Shown here in pieces: positions 1 through 8,829 of a stretch of DNA of 53,079 bases; position 1 is the stretch's first letter; the number at the start of each line of letters is the position of its first letter. The notes beneath the pieces are model-generated. The model had not been told where the DNA came from. It did no database searches and was given only the letters and a program-made list of their open reading frames with translations. Source of the DNA: a virus (Duplodnaviria; Caudoviricetes); IMG/VR virus record IMGVR_UViG_3300027801_001299, positions 1 to 53,079 of that record; one strand, given 5' to 3'. The translations under genes and the position numbers were made by a program.

Positions 1-573
1 TTCGTAGATTACTGGGGTTCGGGAGAAACTTGGGGTGGAGACCTAGATGGGAACTCTAATACACTACACTTAGAACAAAGTGGAACTGGTTCTAAGAACG
101 ATATAGGATTCCACATAATAGGAAATACCAATGCTGTTCGATGGGGTCAAGGAACAGTACTCTCAAATTCATCCGACACCACATTCGATTCTGCCTCATA
201 TGTCGCAGACGATGGTGGTCATAAACTAAACCTAGACATCCATGGAAGTGATAACACACTCATAGGATATCAGAAATCCACAACAGGTGGAGACCACACT
301 GCAACGGTATATCTTTACAGCGATAATAACACTGCATGGTTACGGCAACAAGGTGCTGGTGATAAGACTCTCTATCTGAGAACGAACAACGATGATAACG
401 TAGTAAACAGTAATCAAAAAGGAAGTGGGTCTCATGCGACATCCATTACACTTGGTGGTTCATACGGAACTACACTCAACCTAATACAAAATAGTTCATC
501 AAACCAGTCATACAACCTTACACAAAGCTGCGTAACAGCTGGTGGTTGCACACTAACAATAACTCAAGAGTAA
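1..573 (+). CDS. Curlin-like (CsgA/CsgB-type) repeat protein, 5'-truncated
   Basis: Own frame-1 translation is open from base 1 to TAA 571-573. It has Gly/Asn/Gln-rich N-x-x-x-x-x-Q-x-G repeats and ends NLTQSCVTAGGCTLTITQE. Confidence 0.7.
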   Translation, partial: FVDYWGSGETWGGDLDGNSNTLHLEQSGTGSKNDIGFHIIGNTNAVRWGQGTVLSNSSDTTFDSASYVADDGGHKLNLDIHGSDNTLIGYQKSTTGGDHTATVYLYSDNNTAWLRQQGAGDKTLYLRTNNDDNVVNSNQKGSGSHATSITLGGSYGTTLNLIQNSSSNQSYNLTQSCVTAGGCTLTITQE

Positions 574-580
574 TGTACTC

Positions 581-736
581 ATGACACCCGAAGAAAGAAT
601 TGAAAAGGAAGTCAACGAATACCGAATCAGTTATAGAAAAAAACAGATATCGGGAATTACTTCTGCTGTACTTGCATTGACATTACTAGGTATCTGTATT
701 TGGATATTCTTTTATGCAATGCCAGAGTTTGCATAA
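581..736 (+). CDS. Small single-TM protein (51 aa)
   Basis: Own translation MTPEERIEKEVNEY...AVLALTLLGICIWIFFYAMPEFA. Confidence 0.55.
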   Translation: MTPEERIEKEVNEYRISYRKKQISGITSAVLALTLLGICIWIFFYAMPEFA

Positions 737-799
737 TGTATTGTAAAAGTAGGAAGTATAGATTCTTGGAGACACTCAAAGGAAACTTTGTAGACGTGT

Positions 800-2692
800 A
801 TGTATAGTTGGAAATCCGTATTAATAACAATAGGTTTATTATTCACACTTAAGATTTGGAACCCGATGTTCATCGAGAACATCTCTTGGTCTTGGTTCGA
901 TTACTTACATTCAACACATAGTGTCGAGGAATACAATCCCGATTCAGGTCTTCCTGAAATAGTATTGGTCGATATCGATGAGAAATCAGTAGAAGTCCAC
1001 GGTCAATTACCATTTCCAAGAACTATCTACGCAAACAAACTGTTAGAAGAACACTACAGTAACACTTATGTGTTCACTCAAGTGTTTTCCGAACCCGATA
1101 GATTCGGTGGAGACGAAGAATTTGCAGGGGCTTTGGTTAATAGATTATCAATTTTAGCGTCAGCACCTACTATTCAGACCGAAAAAGGGTCTAGTCCCTT
1201 TGTCGGAACTAGTACTTTGGGTGGGGGAGACGTTAAAAACGCAGTGTGGGGGACTCTAGGAGTCCTCAGTCCCATTCCTGTACTAGAGGGAAACACCTAT
1301 GGAGTAGGGGTAACTACTGCAACTCCTAGTATTTCAGGTACACCAAACTTTGATGGAACTATCCGTTCTGCACCATTACTGATGCAGGTTAACGGAGATG
1401 TGTATCCATCACTTGCAGTTGAAGTGTTAAGAGCATATACAGGTGAAGAATCATATCAACTTAAGGTCACCGATGAGGTGGGAGTTGAATGGGTTCGAAT
1501 AGGAAGACAACCCCCAATCGCAACAACACCTCAAGGTGACTTGATGATTTCATATTGGAATAAATTCAAGAGATATTCCTTTACTGATACATTACCTGAA
1601 AATGTTATTCTCGTGTTTGGTGTGACTGCTGAAGGATACAACAATCCAGTTTCAACCCCAATGGGTGTAATGTATCCTCACGAAGTGCAAGCGAACCTAA
1701 TCCAAACCGCTTTGACAGGAGTTCAAATACAGCAATCCTACTTTCTTGAATTCGTAGAAACTGTTCTTCTTCTGTTAGTTCTTTTAATAGTGTTGGTAAT
1801 GGTTTATAGGCTTCCCACAGCTCTTTCGGGGTCATTGAGTTTAGGACTCGTAGGACTTCAGGTGGGTGGGAGTTTCTATATGTGGTCTTCAAGTCTCGTT
1901 CTTTTCGATACCTTCTTTTCATCTATGGCCTCCTTGATTGTGTTTGGTCATGCTTCTTTCAACAAATACTACATCACATTCCAAGAAAAACAACAAATTA
2001 AGAAGCAATTCCAAAAGTATTTATCACCCGACATGATTGAAGAACTCCAAAAGCACCCCGAAAAATTAAAACTTGGTGGAGATAGAAAAGAACTTTCTTT
2101 CTTATTCGCAGACATTGTAGGTTTCACCCCCATAAGCGAAGCTTACATGAAAAATGATGACCCTGAAGGTCTAGTGTTACTCATCAATAGATTCTTAGAT
2201 GGGATGTCAAAGATAGTTCTTGCAAATGGTGGAACTATTGATAAATTTATGGGCGACTGTTTAATGGCATGGTGGGGAGCTCCACTAGATTGTCCGAACC
2301 ATGCAGAAATGGCAATGAAATCTGCAATGGAAATAGAACTACTTACAGAACAAATGAACAAAGATATTAAAGAAGAAGGAATTGATTTACCACCAGTGGT
2401 CATAGGCACTGGAATAAACACTGGTCAGTGTATCGTGGGTAACATGGGTTCAGAAGAAAGGTTCGATTACTCAGTGGTTGGTGATGCAGTTAACCTTGCA
2501 GCCAGACTTGAAGTGCAAACTAGAACTTACGATACTCCAATCCTATTTTCAGAGTTTACCAAAAACCAAATTGATATTGACTGGAAATACATCGATGAAA
2601 TTAATGTTAAAGGTAAGGAGATACCAGTTAAGATATATGCACCACTTTTCGGTGCAGAGAAAGAATTGAGAAAATTACAAAAAACCTCTTGA
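800..2692 (+). CDS. Membrane class III adenylate cyclase with CHASE2 sensor domain
   Basis: IVLVDIDEKS CHASE2 start, three TM helices, and cyclase motifs FADIVGFT, IDKFMGDCLMA, DYSVVGDAVNLAARLE. Confidence 0.92.
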   Translation: MYSWKSVLITIGLLFTLKIWNPMFIENISWSWFDYLHSTHSVEEYNPDSGLPEIVLVDIDEKSVEVHGQLPFPRTIYANKLLEEHYSNTYVFTQVFSEPDRFGGDEEFAGALVNRLSILASAPTIQTEKGSSPFVGTSTLGGGDVKNAVWGTLGVLSPIPVLEGNTYGVGVTTATPSISGTPNFDGTIRSAPLLMQVNGDVYPSLAVEVLRAYTGEESYQLKVTDEVGVEWVRIGRQPPIATTPQGDLMISYWNKFKRYSFTDTLPENVILVFGVTAEGYNNPVSTPMGVMYPHEVQANLIQTALTGVQIQQSYFLEFVETVLLLLVLLIVLVMVYRLPTALSGSLSLGLVGLQVGGSFYMWSSSLVLFDTFFSSMASLIVFGHASFNKYYITFQEKQQIKKQFQKYLSPDMIEELQKHPEKLKLGGDRKELSFLFADIVGFTPISEAYMKNDDPEGLVLLINRFLDGMSKIVLANGGTIDKFMGDCLMAWWGAPLDCPNHAEMAMKSAMEIELLTEQMNKDIKEEGIDLPPVVIGTGINTGQCIVGNMGSEERFDYSVVGDAVNLAARLEVQTRTYDTPILFSEFTKNQIDIDWKYIDEINVKGKEIPVKIYAPLFGAEKELRKLQKTS

Positions 2693-2718
2693 TTTTTTAA
2701 AGTTCCTTTGTTATACTG

Positions 2719-2726
2719 TATAAATA
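2719..2726 (+). promoter_or_regulatory. T4-type late promoter TATAAATA upstream of hsp20
   Basis: Exact gp55 consensus. Confidence 0.7.
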
Positions 2727-2730
2727 CTAC

Positions 2731-2786
2731 TGTAATGCCCATTTGGGGTTACATAACATTAACTTGCTTAATAAAGGAGAAAAACT
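2731..2786 (+). promoter_or_regulatory. ROSE-like RNA thermometer in the hsp20 5' UTR
   Basis: CUUGCUU (2763-2769) pairs with AAGGAG (2774-2779), leaving a bulged G. A second hairpin lies at 2731-2753. Confidence 0.7.
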
Positions 2787-3212
2787 ATGACACATTTCAA
2801 TGATGTCTTCGGGAAATTTTCAACAGACTTCCCATTCGCAATCGGGTTCGACAGAACTCTTCAAATATTAGAACGTGCAGACACGTCTAATGTAACCAAC
2901 TATCCACCTTACAATATTGTAAAACACGATGAAGAGAACTTCTCCATCGAACTTGCAGTTGCTGGATTTAGTAAAAAGGAAATCGTAATCTTAAAAGTGA
3001 AAGAATCCCTTTCTATTGAAGGCGTACAAGAGGAATTGGATAACAGGGAATTTGTCCACAAAGGACTTGCTTCAAGAAACTTTAAAAGAAAATTTACACT
3101 TGCAGACGATATTGTCGTTAAGGGTGCAGATATGAAAGATGGTATCATGATTATATCACTGGAAAGGATTGTAGCAGAAGAAGACAAACCCCAAGAAATT
3201 AAAATTTCTTAA
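2787..3212 (+). CDS. hsp20: Small heat shock protein, IbpA-like
   Basis: NYPPYNI, IELAVAGF, HKGLASRNF, ADMKDG motifs. Confidence 0.95.
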   Translation: MTHFNDVFGKFSTDFPFAIGFDRTLQILERADTSNVTNYPPYNIVKHDEENFSIELAVAGFSKKEIVILKVKESLSIEGVQEELDNREFVHKGLASRNFKRKFTLADDIVVKGADMKDGIMIISLERIVAEEDKPQEIKIS

Positions 3213-3282
3213 AAAAACCCCTTACGGATACACCTATTATGATGTATAATAGGTGTATCCTTTATTATATTATGGAGAAAAA

Positions 3283-3837
3283 ATGAGTGATAATAATGCA
3301 GAAATGGGCCTACCCATTGAAGTCGGACAACAAGTCCCCAATGTATCCTTCCCAGTTCGAATAGAACAAGATGGAGAAATTGTATGGGGGTCATTAAACA
3401 CAACTGAAGAGTTTGCAGGAAAACGAGTAATATTATTCGGATTGCCTGGAGCATTCACACCAACTTGTTCATCACAACAAGTGCCTGGATTTGAAGGTAA
3501 TTACAAGAAATTCCAAGCATTAGGAATTGATGAGATTTATTGTTTATCAGTTAATGATTGTTTTGCAATGAAAGAGTGGAGAAGTAACTTACAAATTGAG
3601 AATATTGTATTTCTACCTGATGGAAACGGTGAGTTTACTCATAAGTTTGGTGCAGAGGTCAGGAAATCAAATCTTGGTTTTGGAATGAGGTCATGGAGAT
3701 ACGCTTGTATCCTTAATGATGGCAAAGTCGAAAAGATGTTCATCGAAGATGGATTCGAAGACAATTGTGAATCAGACCCATTTGAAATATCAAATGCAGA
3801 AACAGTAATGCAATACTTGGGTAACCAAGAAGGGTAG
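3283..3837 (+). CDS. Peroxiredoxin (Prx5 type)
   Basis: LPGAFTPTCS, CLSVND, PDGNGEFT, RSWRY. Start moved to ATG 3283 after GGAGA. Confidence 0.93.
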   Translation: MSDNNAEMGLPIEVGQQVPNVSFPVRIEQDGEIVWGSLNTTEEFAGKRVILFGLPGAFTPTCSSQQVPGFEGNYKKFQALGIDEIYCLSVNDCFAMKEWRSNLQIENIVFLPDGNGEFTHKFGAEVRKSNLGFGMRSWRYACILNDGKVEKMFIEDGFEDNCESDPFEISNAETVMQYLGNQEG

Positions 3838-4952
3838 TGGAATTAAGTAGGGAAGATACTTTTTGGGCAGCAGGAAAACTTGTTACCTATTTTGCAGACT
3901 TCAATAGAATTGACGATTACTTTCGTGCAAGGAAAATTGAACGAGTAAAAGACTTACCTGCTCCATTATTTGGATTCGGTCTTGAGGATGATATGTTTCA
4001 AAATTATGACATACATCCCCAAGATATGAATTTCTCTATAACTCAAATACCAAACGAAACATTCGATGCAATGTTAGAAAAAACTGCATCATTTTCGCCA
4101 GAGACATCAATTCCTGGCAAATCATTAAAACTTGTAGTTAAAGAAACTACGACAAATACAGTAGTGGGATTTATTAGATATGGTTCACCACTAATCAATA
4201 GTAAACCAAGGAATGATTATCTTGGTCATACACCCGACTTAGAAATCTTCAACAAACGTGCAATCATGGGATTCAATATAGTTCCAATTCAACCATTCGG
4301 ATATAATTATTTGGGTGGTAAATTACTTGCGGCCATATGTTGTTCTCATGAAACAAGAAGAATGTTGAACGAGAAATACAATACAGAGTTTTGTTTATTT
4401 GAAACTACATCTTTATATGGAAACATTAAAGGGTCAAGTATGTATGATGGAATGAGACCATTTTTAAGATACAAAGGTGACACTCAAAGTAAGTTTCTAT
4501 TGACACTAGGTGAAGATATATACTTCGAACTAAGAGATTGGTTTACAGAAAAGAATGATGGAGAAGACCTAATACACAAGGGTGCTTCATCCCGTAAACT
4601 TAAGATGCAAACTAAGATGATTGGTTTGGTCAAACAGAATTTAAAAAGACTTGATACAGTTGGTTATAATCATTTTGTTAAAGCAATGGAGAAAGCAACT
4701 GGTGTCACAACGCAGAAAAGATTTTATATGTCTGAATGGGGATACTCTAACACTAGAGAGGTGATACTAGGTAACACCGATAAACTAATCAAAGCAGAAA
4801 ACTTTGATAGATTTGAAATGGATGGAATACTTGCATGGTGGAAAAACAAAGCAAGTAAGAGATTTGATAATGTAGTTGCACAAGGAAGAAAAAGAACTGA
4901 ATTGGAAGTATGGAATCAGAACACTATGAACACTATTGATATTATAAGATGA
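3837..4952 (+). CDS. Conserved phage protein, DUF4338-like
   Basis: QPFGYNYLGGKLLAA and FETTSLYG motifs; GTG start. Confidence 0.6.
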   Translation: MELSREDTFWAAGKLVTYFADFNRIDDYFRARKIERVKDLPAPLFGFGLEDDMFQNYDIHPQDMNFSITQIPNETFDAMLEKTASFSPETSIPGKSLKLVVKETTTNTVVGFIRYGSPLINSKPRNDYLGHTPDLEIFNKRAIMGFNIVPIQPFGYNYLGGKLLAAICCSHETRRMLNEKYNTEFCLFETTSLYGNIKGSSMYDGMRPFLRYKGDTQSKFLLTLGEDIYFELRDWFTEKNDGEDLIHKGASSRKLKMQTKMIGLVKQNLKRLDTVGYNHFVKAMEKATGVTTQKRFYMSEWGYSNTREVILGNTDKLIKAENFDRFEMDGILAWWKNKASKRFDNVVAQGRKRTELEVWNQNTMNTIDIIR

Positions 4953-5353
4953 AGATAGGATTTACTTGTGGTGCATTTGACCTCTTACACGCAGGTCATG
5001 TTGTCATGTTAAAAGAAGCACGACAGAATTGTGACCATCTTATTGTTGGATTACAGACCGACCCATCTATTGATAGACAATCAAAGAATCAACCAGTACA
5101 AAATGTATATGAAAGGTTCATACAATTATCCTCTTTACAATTTGTGGACGATGTGATACCATATGATACAGAACAAAGTTTAATGGACTTACTTGAATCA
5201 ACTCCTATCGATATTAGATTCGTTGGAGAGGATTACAAAGACAAACAATTTACGGGTGATAATTTACCAATAGAGGTATTTTACACAAACAGAAAACATT
5301 CTTTCTCAACAACAAATTTGAGAAGACAAGTAACAAAAGCGGGTATCGTATAA
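4949..5353 (+). CDS. Cytidylyltransferase (TagD-like)
   Basis: GAFDLLHAGH (HIGH), LIVGLQTD, FSTT. Confidence 0.9.
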   Translation: MKIGFTCGAFDLLHAGHVVMLKEARQNCDHLIVGLQTDPSIDRQSKNQPVQNVYERFIQLSSLQFVDDVIPYDTEQSLMDLLESTPIDIRFVGEDYKDKQFTGDNLPIEVFYTNRKHSFSTTNLRRQVTKAGIV

Positions 5354-5413
5354 TGGTTATTACAAGAGGTTTCCAACCTTTTGATGGGAGTTCGATTCTC
5401 TCTACCCGCTCCA
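5339..5413 (+). tRNA. tRNA-Gly(TCC)
   Basis: Cloverleaf GCGGGTA...TACCCGCTCCA with anticodon loop TTTCCAA and T-loop TTCGATT. Confidence 0.92.
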
Positions 5414-5419
5414 TTTCTT

Positions 5420-6754
5420 ATGTTAGATAAATTCTATTCAGAGCAAGACCTCGCAAAAACAATTCGGATACTAGTATATCCCAATATCACTTGGCAAAAA
5501 GACTTAGAGAAAGATTCATATGTCCAAGTATTAAAGAATATGATAAGGGAAACTCAAGAAAAAAACTTCTTTTGGCATATCATATCCCCGATTCATATTG
5601 AAGGTCTAACATTTCCTAATACAGAACAGTTGATGGTTCCAGTCCCTTCCTATCCACCTGCAATGAGGAGTCATTTTGACGTTTCATATATCAAATCATT
5701 GCTTGGTCATGAAAAAGATTTTGATATTATCATGTCTCACTTACCCGAACATACTCATCAACTTGTAAACACAATGTATAATCTTACACATCATACACCT
5801 AAAGTTATGGGGTATACACATTGGTTCGATTTCAATCATATTGTTTCATGGTATAAGGGTGCATTCAATCAGAATATGTTGGGACTATTAGAATACGAGA
5901 ATTGCTATATCAATACCTATGCACAAAAAGAAATGGTGTTGCAACAAGCAAAGGAAGTATTTAATTCTGCAACAGTTACTAAGTTAGATATGAAACTTGA
6001 AGTTCAACATCTAGGTGTCTTTGAAGAAGATATCGTCGCCCCTAATGAAAGTCCCGAAAAGATAATTGTCTTCAATCATAGATGCGAAAAGTATAAACAC
6101 TTTGATGAGTTTGTGTCTCTTATGGATTCATTATATGAAAAAAGACAAGACTTTAAAGTATGGGTTCCTCTCTTCGAAGGAGAAGTACCAAGACCATACA
6201 TGACTAATGAAAAGTTCAACAAGAAAGGTTACTACGAAAAACTAAGAAACTGTTTGGTTGGATTTGCACCAAAACAGAAGTATGGTGGTTGGAGTGTCGC
6301 TGCTACAGATGGTCTTATGAATGGATGTCCATACATTTTCTTTGATGGTTCTTACTATCACGAATTGCAGGATAATGCAGAGTTCTTTAAAACAGATTAT
6401 GAAGCACTTACATTACTAAACACTTACTTGGATAATCCCGACCATAGAGACGACCAGTCTAAAATTGCACAACAATCTCTTAGAGACAATCTTCTATACA
6501 AAAACGAAATGACAAAGATGGTGGATAACATTAATACCATTGTAGACGGAACACATAAGATGGGTCAGTCTGAAAAATTAGAAGAGTTAATTAATATCAT
6601 AAAAGAACATGGGTCTATTACAAAGATAGAACTGTTCTCTAAAATGGGATGGGGACGAGGAATCAAATGGACTCCTTACAGACGTGCATTGCTATCTCAT
6701 CCAAACATCTATGACACTATGAGTGTTGAACCAACATACAATTGGAAAGAATGA
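5420..6754 (+). CDS. GT-B glycosyltransferase (GT4-like) with a short C-terminal extra domain
   Basis: IIVFNHR and GGWSVAATDGLMNGCPYI (E-x7-E-like region). Start set after the tRNA. Confidence 0.7.
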   Translation: MLDKFYSEQDLAKTIRILVYPNITWQKDLEKDSYVQVLKNMIRETQEKNFFWHIISPIHIEGLTFPNTEQLMVPVPSYPPAMRSHFDVSYIKSLLGHEKDFDIIMSHLPEHTHQLVNTMYNLTHHTPKVMGYTHWFDFNHIVSWYKGAFNQNMLGLLEYENCYINTYAQKEMVLQQAKEVFNSATVTKLDMKLEVQHLGVFEEDIVAPNESPEKIIVFNHRCEKYKHFDEFVSLMDSLYEKRQDFKVWVPLFEGEVPRPYMTNEKFNKKGYYEKLRNCLVGFAPKQKYGGWSVAATDGLMNGCPYIFFDGSYYHELQDNAEFFKTDYEALTLLNTYLDNPDHRDDQSKIAQQSLRDNLLYKNEMTKMVDNINTIVDGTHKMGQSEKLEELINIIKEHGSITKIELFSKMGWGRGIKWTPYRRALLSHPNIYDTMSVEPTYNWKE

Positions 6755-7557
6755 GAATATACATCCCAACATATAAAAGAGTTGACTCACAAATTACTTT
6801 TGAGAACCTTCCTTCTGATATACAAAAAAATGTTATCATGGTAGTTCAAGACCAAGAGAGAAAACACTATACATATGATTGTGAGTACCTTGTTGTAGGA
6901 AACGAAATTGGTATAGCAAAGACAAGAGAGTTGATATATCATCACGCTGGAACAAATCACTTTGGTATGATGGATGATGATTTAAGATTCTATAGAAGAA
7001 ATTCAAAGTACTATGGTGAAGAATCAAATATGGATACTTCAAAAAGACTAATGACACTTGAAGATTGGAATGACTGGTTCAATAGAGTTGAGACTTGGTT
7101 TAAAGAAGACAACATAATGCACATTGGACATAGGGATAGATTTCTACCACCTTACGGTGAGAACCACTATTTCAATAAACTATTCATTGCTACTCATTGG
7201 ATTGATGGCAGTAAACTAAATAAGTTTGTAGATGAAGTGGATTGGAACTTAGCACAAGTTGGAGAAGATAATGTCCTAGCAATTGAATGTGCAATGAGAG
7301 GTCATAAGAACATAACTTCAGATGAGGTTTGTATGGATAGGTGGTTAACTGCTTTTGCAGAAGGTGGATGTGCAGAGTTTAGAACTGCAGAAGTAAATGA
7401 AATAGAACATATGAAGATATGCAAAAAGTATCCATTCTTAACATTGACTAACAAATTCGATGAATGGGAAAACATAGGTAGAATAAGAAGATTCAAATGT
7501 GATATTAAATCTGCATATGAGTCATACAATTCATCTTCTTTGGAGAACTTTTTTTAA
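6742..7557 (+). CDS. GT-A glycosyltransferase, TET-associated GT (TAGT)-like
   Basis: IYIPTYKR, GIAKTRELI, MMDDDL (DxD), GED, AEGGCAEFR. Confidence 0.75.
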   Translation: MERMRIYIPTYKRVDSQITFENLPSDIQKNVIMVVQDQERKHYTYDCEYLVVGNEIGIAKTRELIYHHAGTNHFGMMDDDLRFYRRNSKYYGEESNMDTSKRLMTLEDWNDWFNRVETWFKEDNIMHIGHRDRFLPPYGENHYFNKLFIATHWIDGSKLNKFVDEVDWNLAQVGEDNVLAIECAMRGHKNITSDEVCMDRWLTAFAEGGCAEFRTAEVNEIEHMKICKKYPFLTLTNKFDEWENIGRIRRFKCDIKSAYESYNSSSLENFF

Positions 7558-7886
7558 TGACAATGATATTTGATTCGGGAATATACAGGGTTGTAGAGAA
7601 TCCTGATGTGAAGGATGCAGCCATAGAACTAAAAGAACATTCTAAATGGAATGGTTTGGTTTATCAATATGGTAAAGTCCAAATGGAAGACGGTAAACCC
7701 AATTTAAACTTCCAAAGAACAATAAGAAGAGTCCCTCACGACATGGAACCAACAGAACTTAACCTTGAGGAACTCCTAAATAATGATGAATTAAACACAC
7801 TCATGGGTGAGATTTTAGTAGAACTTATCCAACAACAAGCAGACAGGGAACAAAATGAACAAAGAGATACTAAAAGAACAGATTAA
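7557..7886 (+). CDS. Conserved T4-like protein, possibly gp40-like
   Basis: GLVYQYGKV and MGEILVELI; family call tentative. Confidence 0.4.
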   Translation: MTMIFDSGIYRVVENPDVKDAAIELKEHSKWNGLVYQYGKVQMEDGKPNLNFQRTIRRVPHDMEPTELNLEELLNNDELNTLMGEILVELIQQQADREQNEQRDTKRTD

Positions 7887-8313
7887 ACGCCACGAAGGTG
7901 AAGTACTAGAAGTCTATGCAGATTCACTAGGATATTTGACACTAGGTGTTGGACATCTCATTAAAGAAGGTGATGCAGAACATGGTCAATCAGCAGGAAC
8001 ACCAGTAAGTCAAGAAGTGTGTGATGCATATTATGAAGACGACTTTGACAAACACGTTGATGAATGCATTCATGTATTTGAATCAAAAGGTGGAGAAGAC
8101 TTTTACAGTCTTCCCGAAGACATACAACACGTTCTAGTCAACATGACATTCAACTTAGGTGGTGGTCGTTTTGGTAAATTTAATAATATGTGGAAAGGAG
8201 TAATCTCAGAAGACTGGAATAAAGTTGCAGTTGAGATGGAAGATTCGAAATGGTTTAGACAAGTTGGTAGACGAAGTGTAGAACTACAAGACTTGGTTAA
8301 AGCCTGTGCTTAA
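7855..8313 (+). CDS. Phage lysozyme (GH24)
   Basis: HEG...YADSLGYLTLGVGHLI, NMTFNLG, SKWFRQVGRR. Confidence 0.92.
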   Translation: MNKEILKEQIKRHEGEVLEVYADSLGYLTLGVGHLIKEGDAEHGQSAGTPVSQEVCDAYYEDDFDKHVDECIHVFESKGGEDFYSLPEDIQHVLVNMTFNLGGGRFGKFNNMWKGVISEDWNKVAVEMEDSKWFRQVGRRSVELQDLVKACA

Positions 8314-8584
8314 AACCTCAAACATTAAAGCACTAAAACTTTTAGGTGGAGAAGTCATTATGGGAATAGTGACTGAATCTAAACTAAATGGGAGTGTTCA
8401 TATATCTGAAGCACAACAATTAATTTCAGGTGTAGAAGATGGACGAATGGAAGTTAACCTTGCACCATGGTTACCATATGCAAGAGAATACGATTTTAAC
8501 ATACCGAAGAGTCAGATAGTTACTATATTTTCAGTAAGACCTAACTTGGAGACGAACTACAAAATCGCAACAGGGAATAAATAA
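8306..8584 (+). CDS. Sm-like domain protein
   Basis: LKLLGGEVIMG...LAPWLPY; lies just upstream of gp43. Confidence 0.55.
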   Translation: MLKTSNIKALKLLGGEVIMGIVTESKLNGSVHISEAQQLISGVEDGRMEVNLAPWLPYAREYDFNIPKSQIVTIFSVRPNLETNYKIATGNK

Positions 8585-8805
8585 TGGCAGATATATTAGG
8601 TGCATTAGTAAAGAAATACGAAGGTGATATCGCAGTACACACTGCAAACATCTCAGTTTATCAATCAAACCCAGCAGGTATCGGAGAACATCCCGATGTC
8701 GTAGCTGCAGTTGATGAACTCGTTGGACAACTTGCAGATGCACAAGACAAACTCAAATCAGTAAAAGAATTACAGCATCCAAGCAAAAAAACACTTGTAG
8801 AATAG
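8584..8805 (+). CDS. Conserved hypothetical phage protein
   Basis: NPAGIGEHPDVV motif; coupled start/stop. Confidence 0.7.
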   Translation: MADILGALVKKYEGDIAVHTANISVYQSNPAGIGEHPDVVAAVDELVGQLADAQDKLKSVKELQHPSKKTLVE

Positions 8806-8823
8806 ACATCTTTCTGTTATAAT
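8795..8823 (+). promoter_or_regulatory. Sigma70-like promoter for gp43 (probably leaderless)
   Basis: TTGTAG-17-TATAAT, then 6 nt to the ATG. Confidence 0.6.
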
Positions 8824-8829
8824 AACAGT

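Noticed and set aside
571-811. Three ATG-TAY starts (MYS*, MYC, MYSW) suggesting an insertion scar before the cyclase
   Set aside because: The similarity is too short to separate from chance.
5381-5419. ORF-track start of the glycosyltransferase
   Set aside because: It lies inside tRNA-Gly; ATG 5420 is more plausible.
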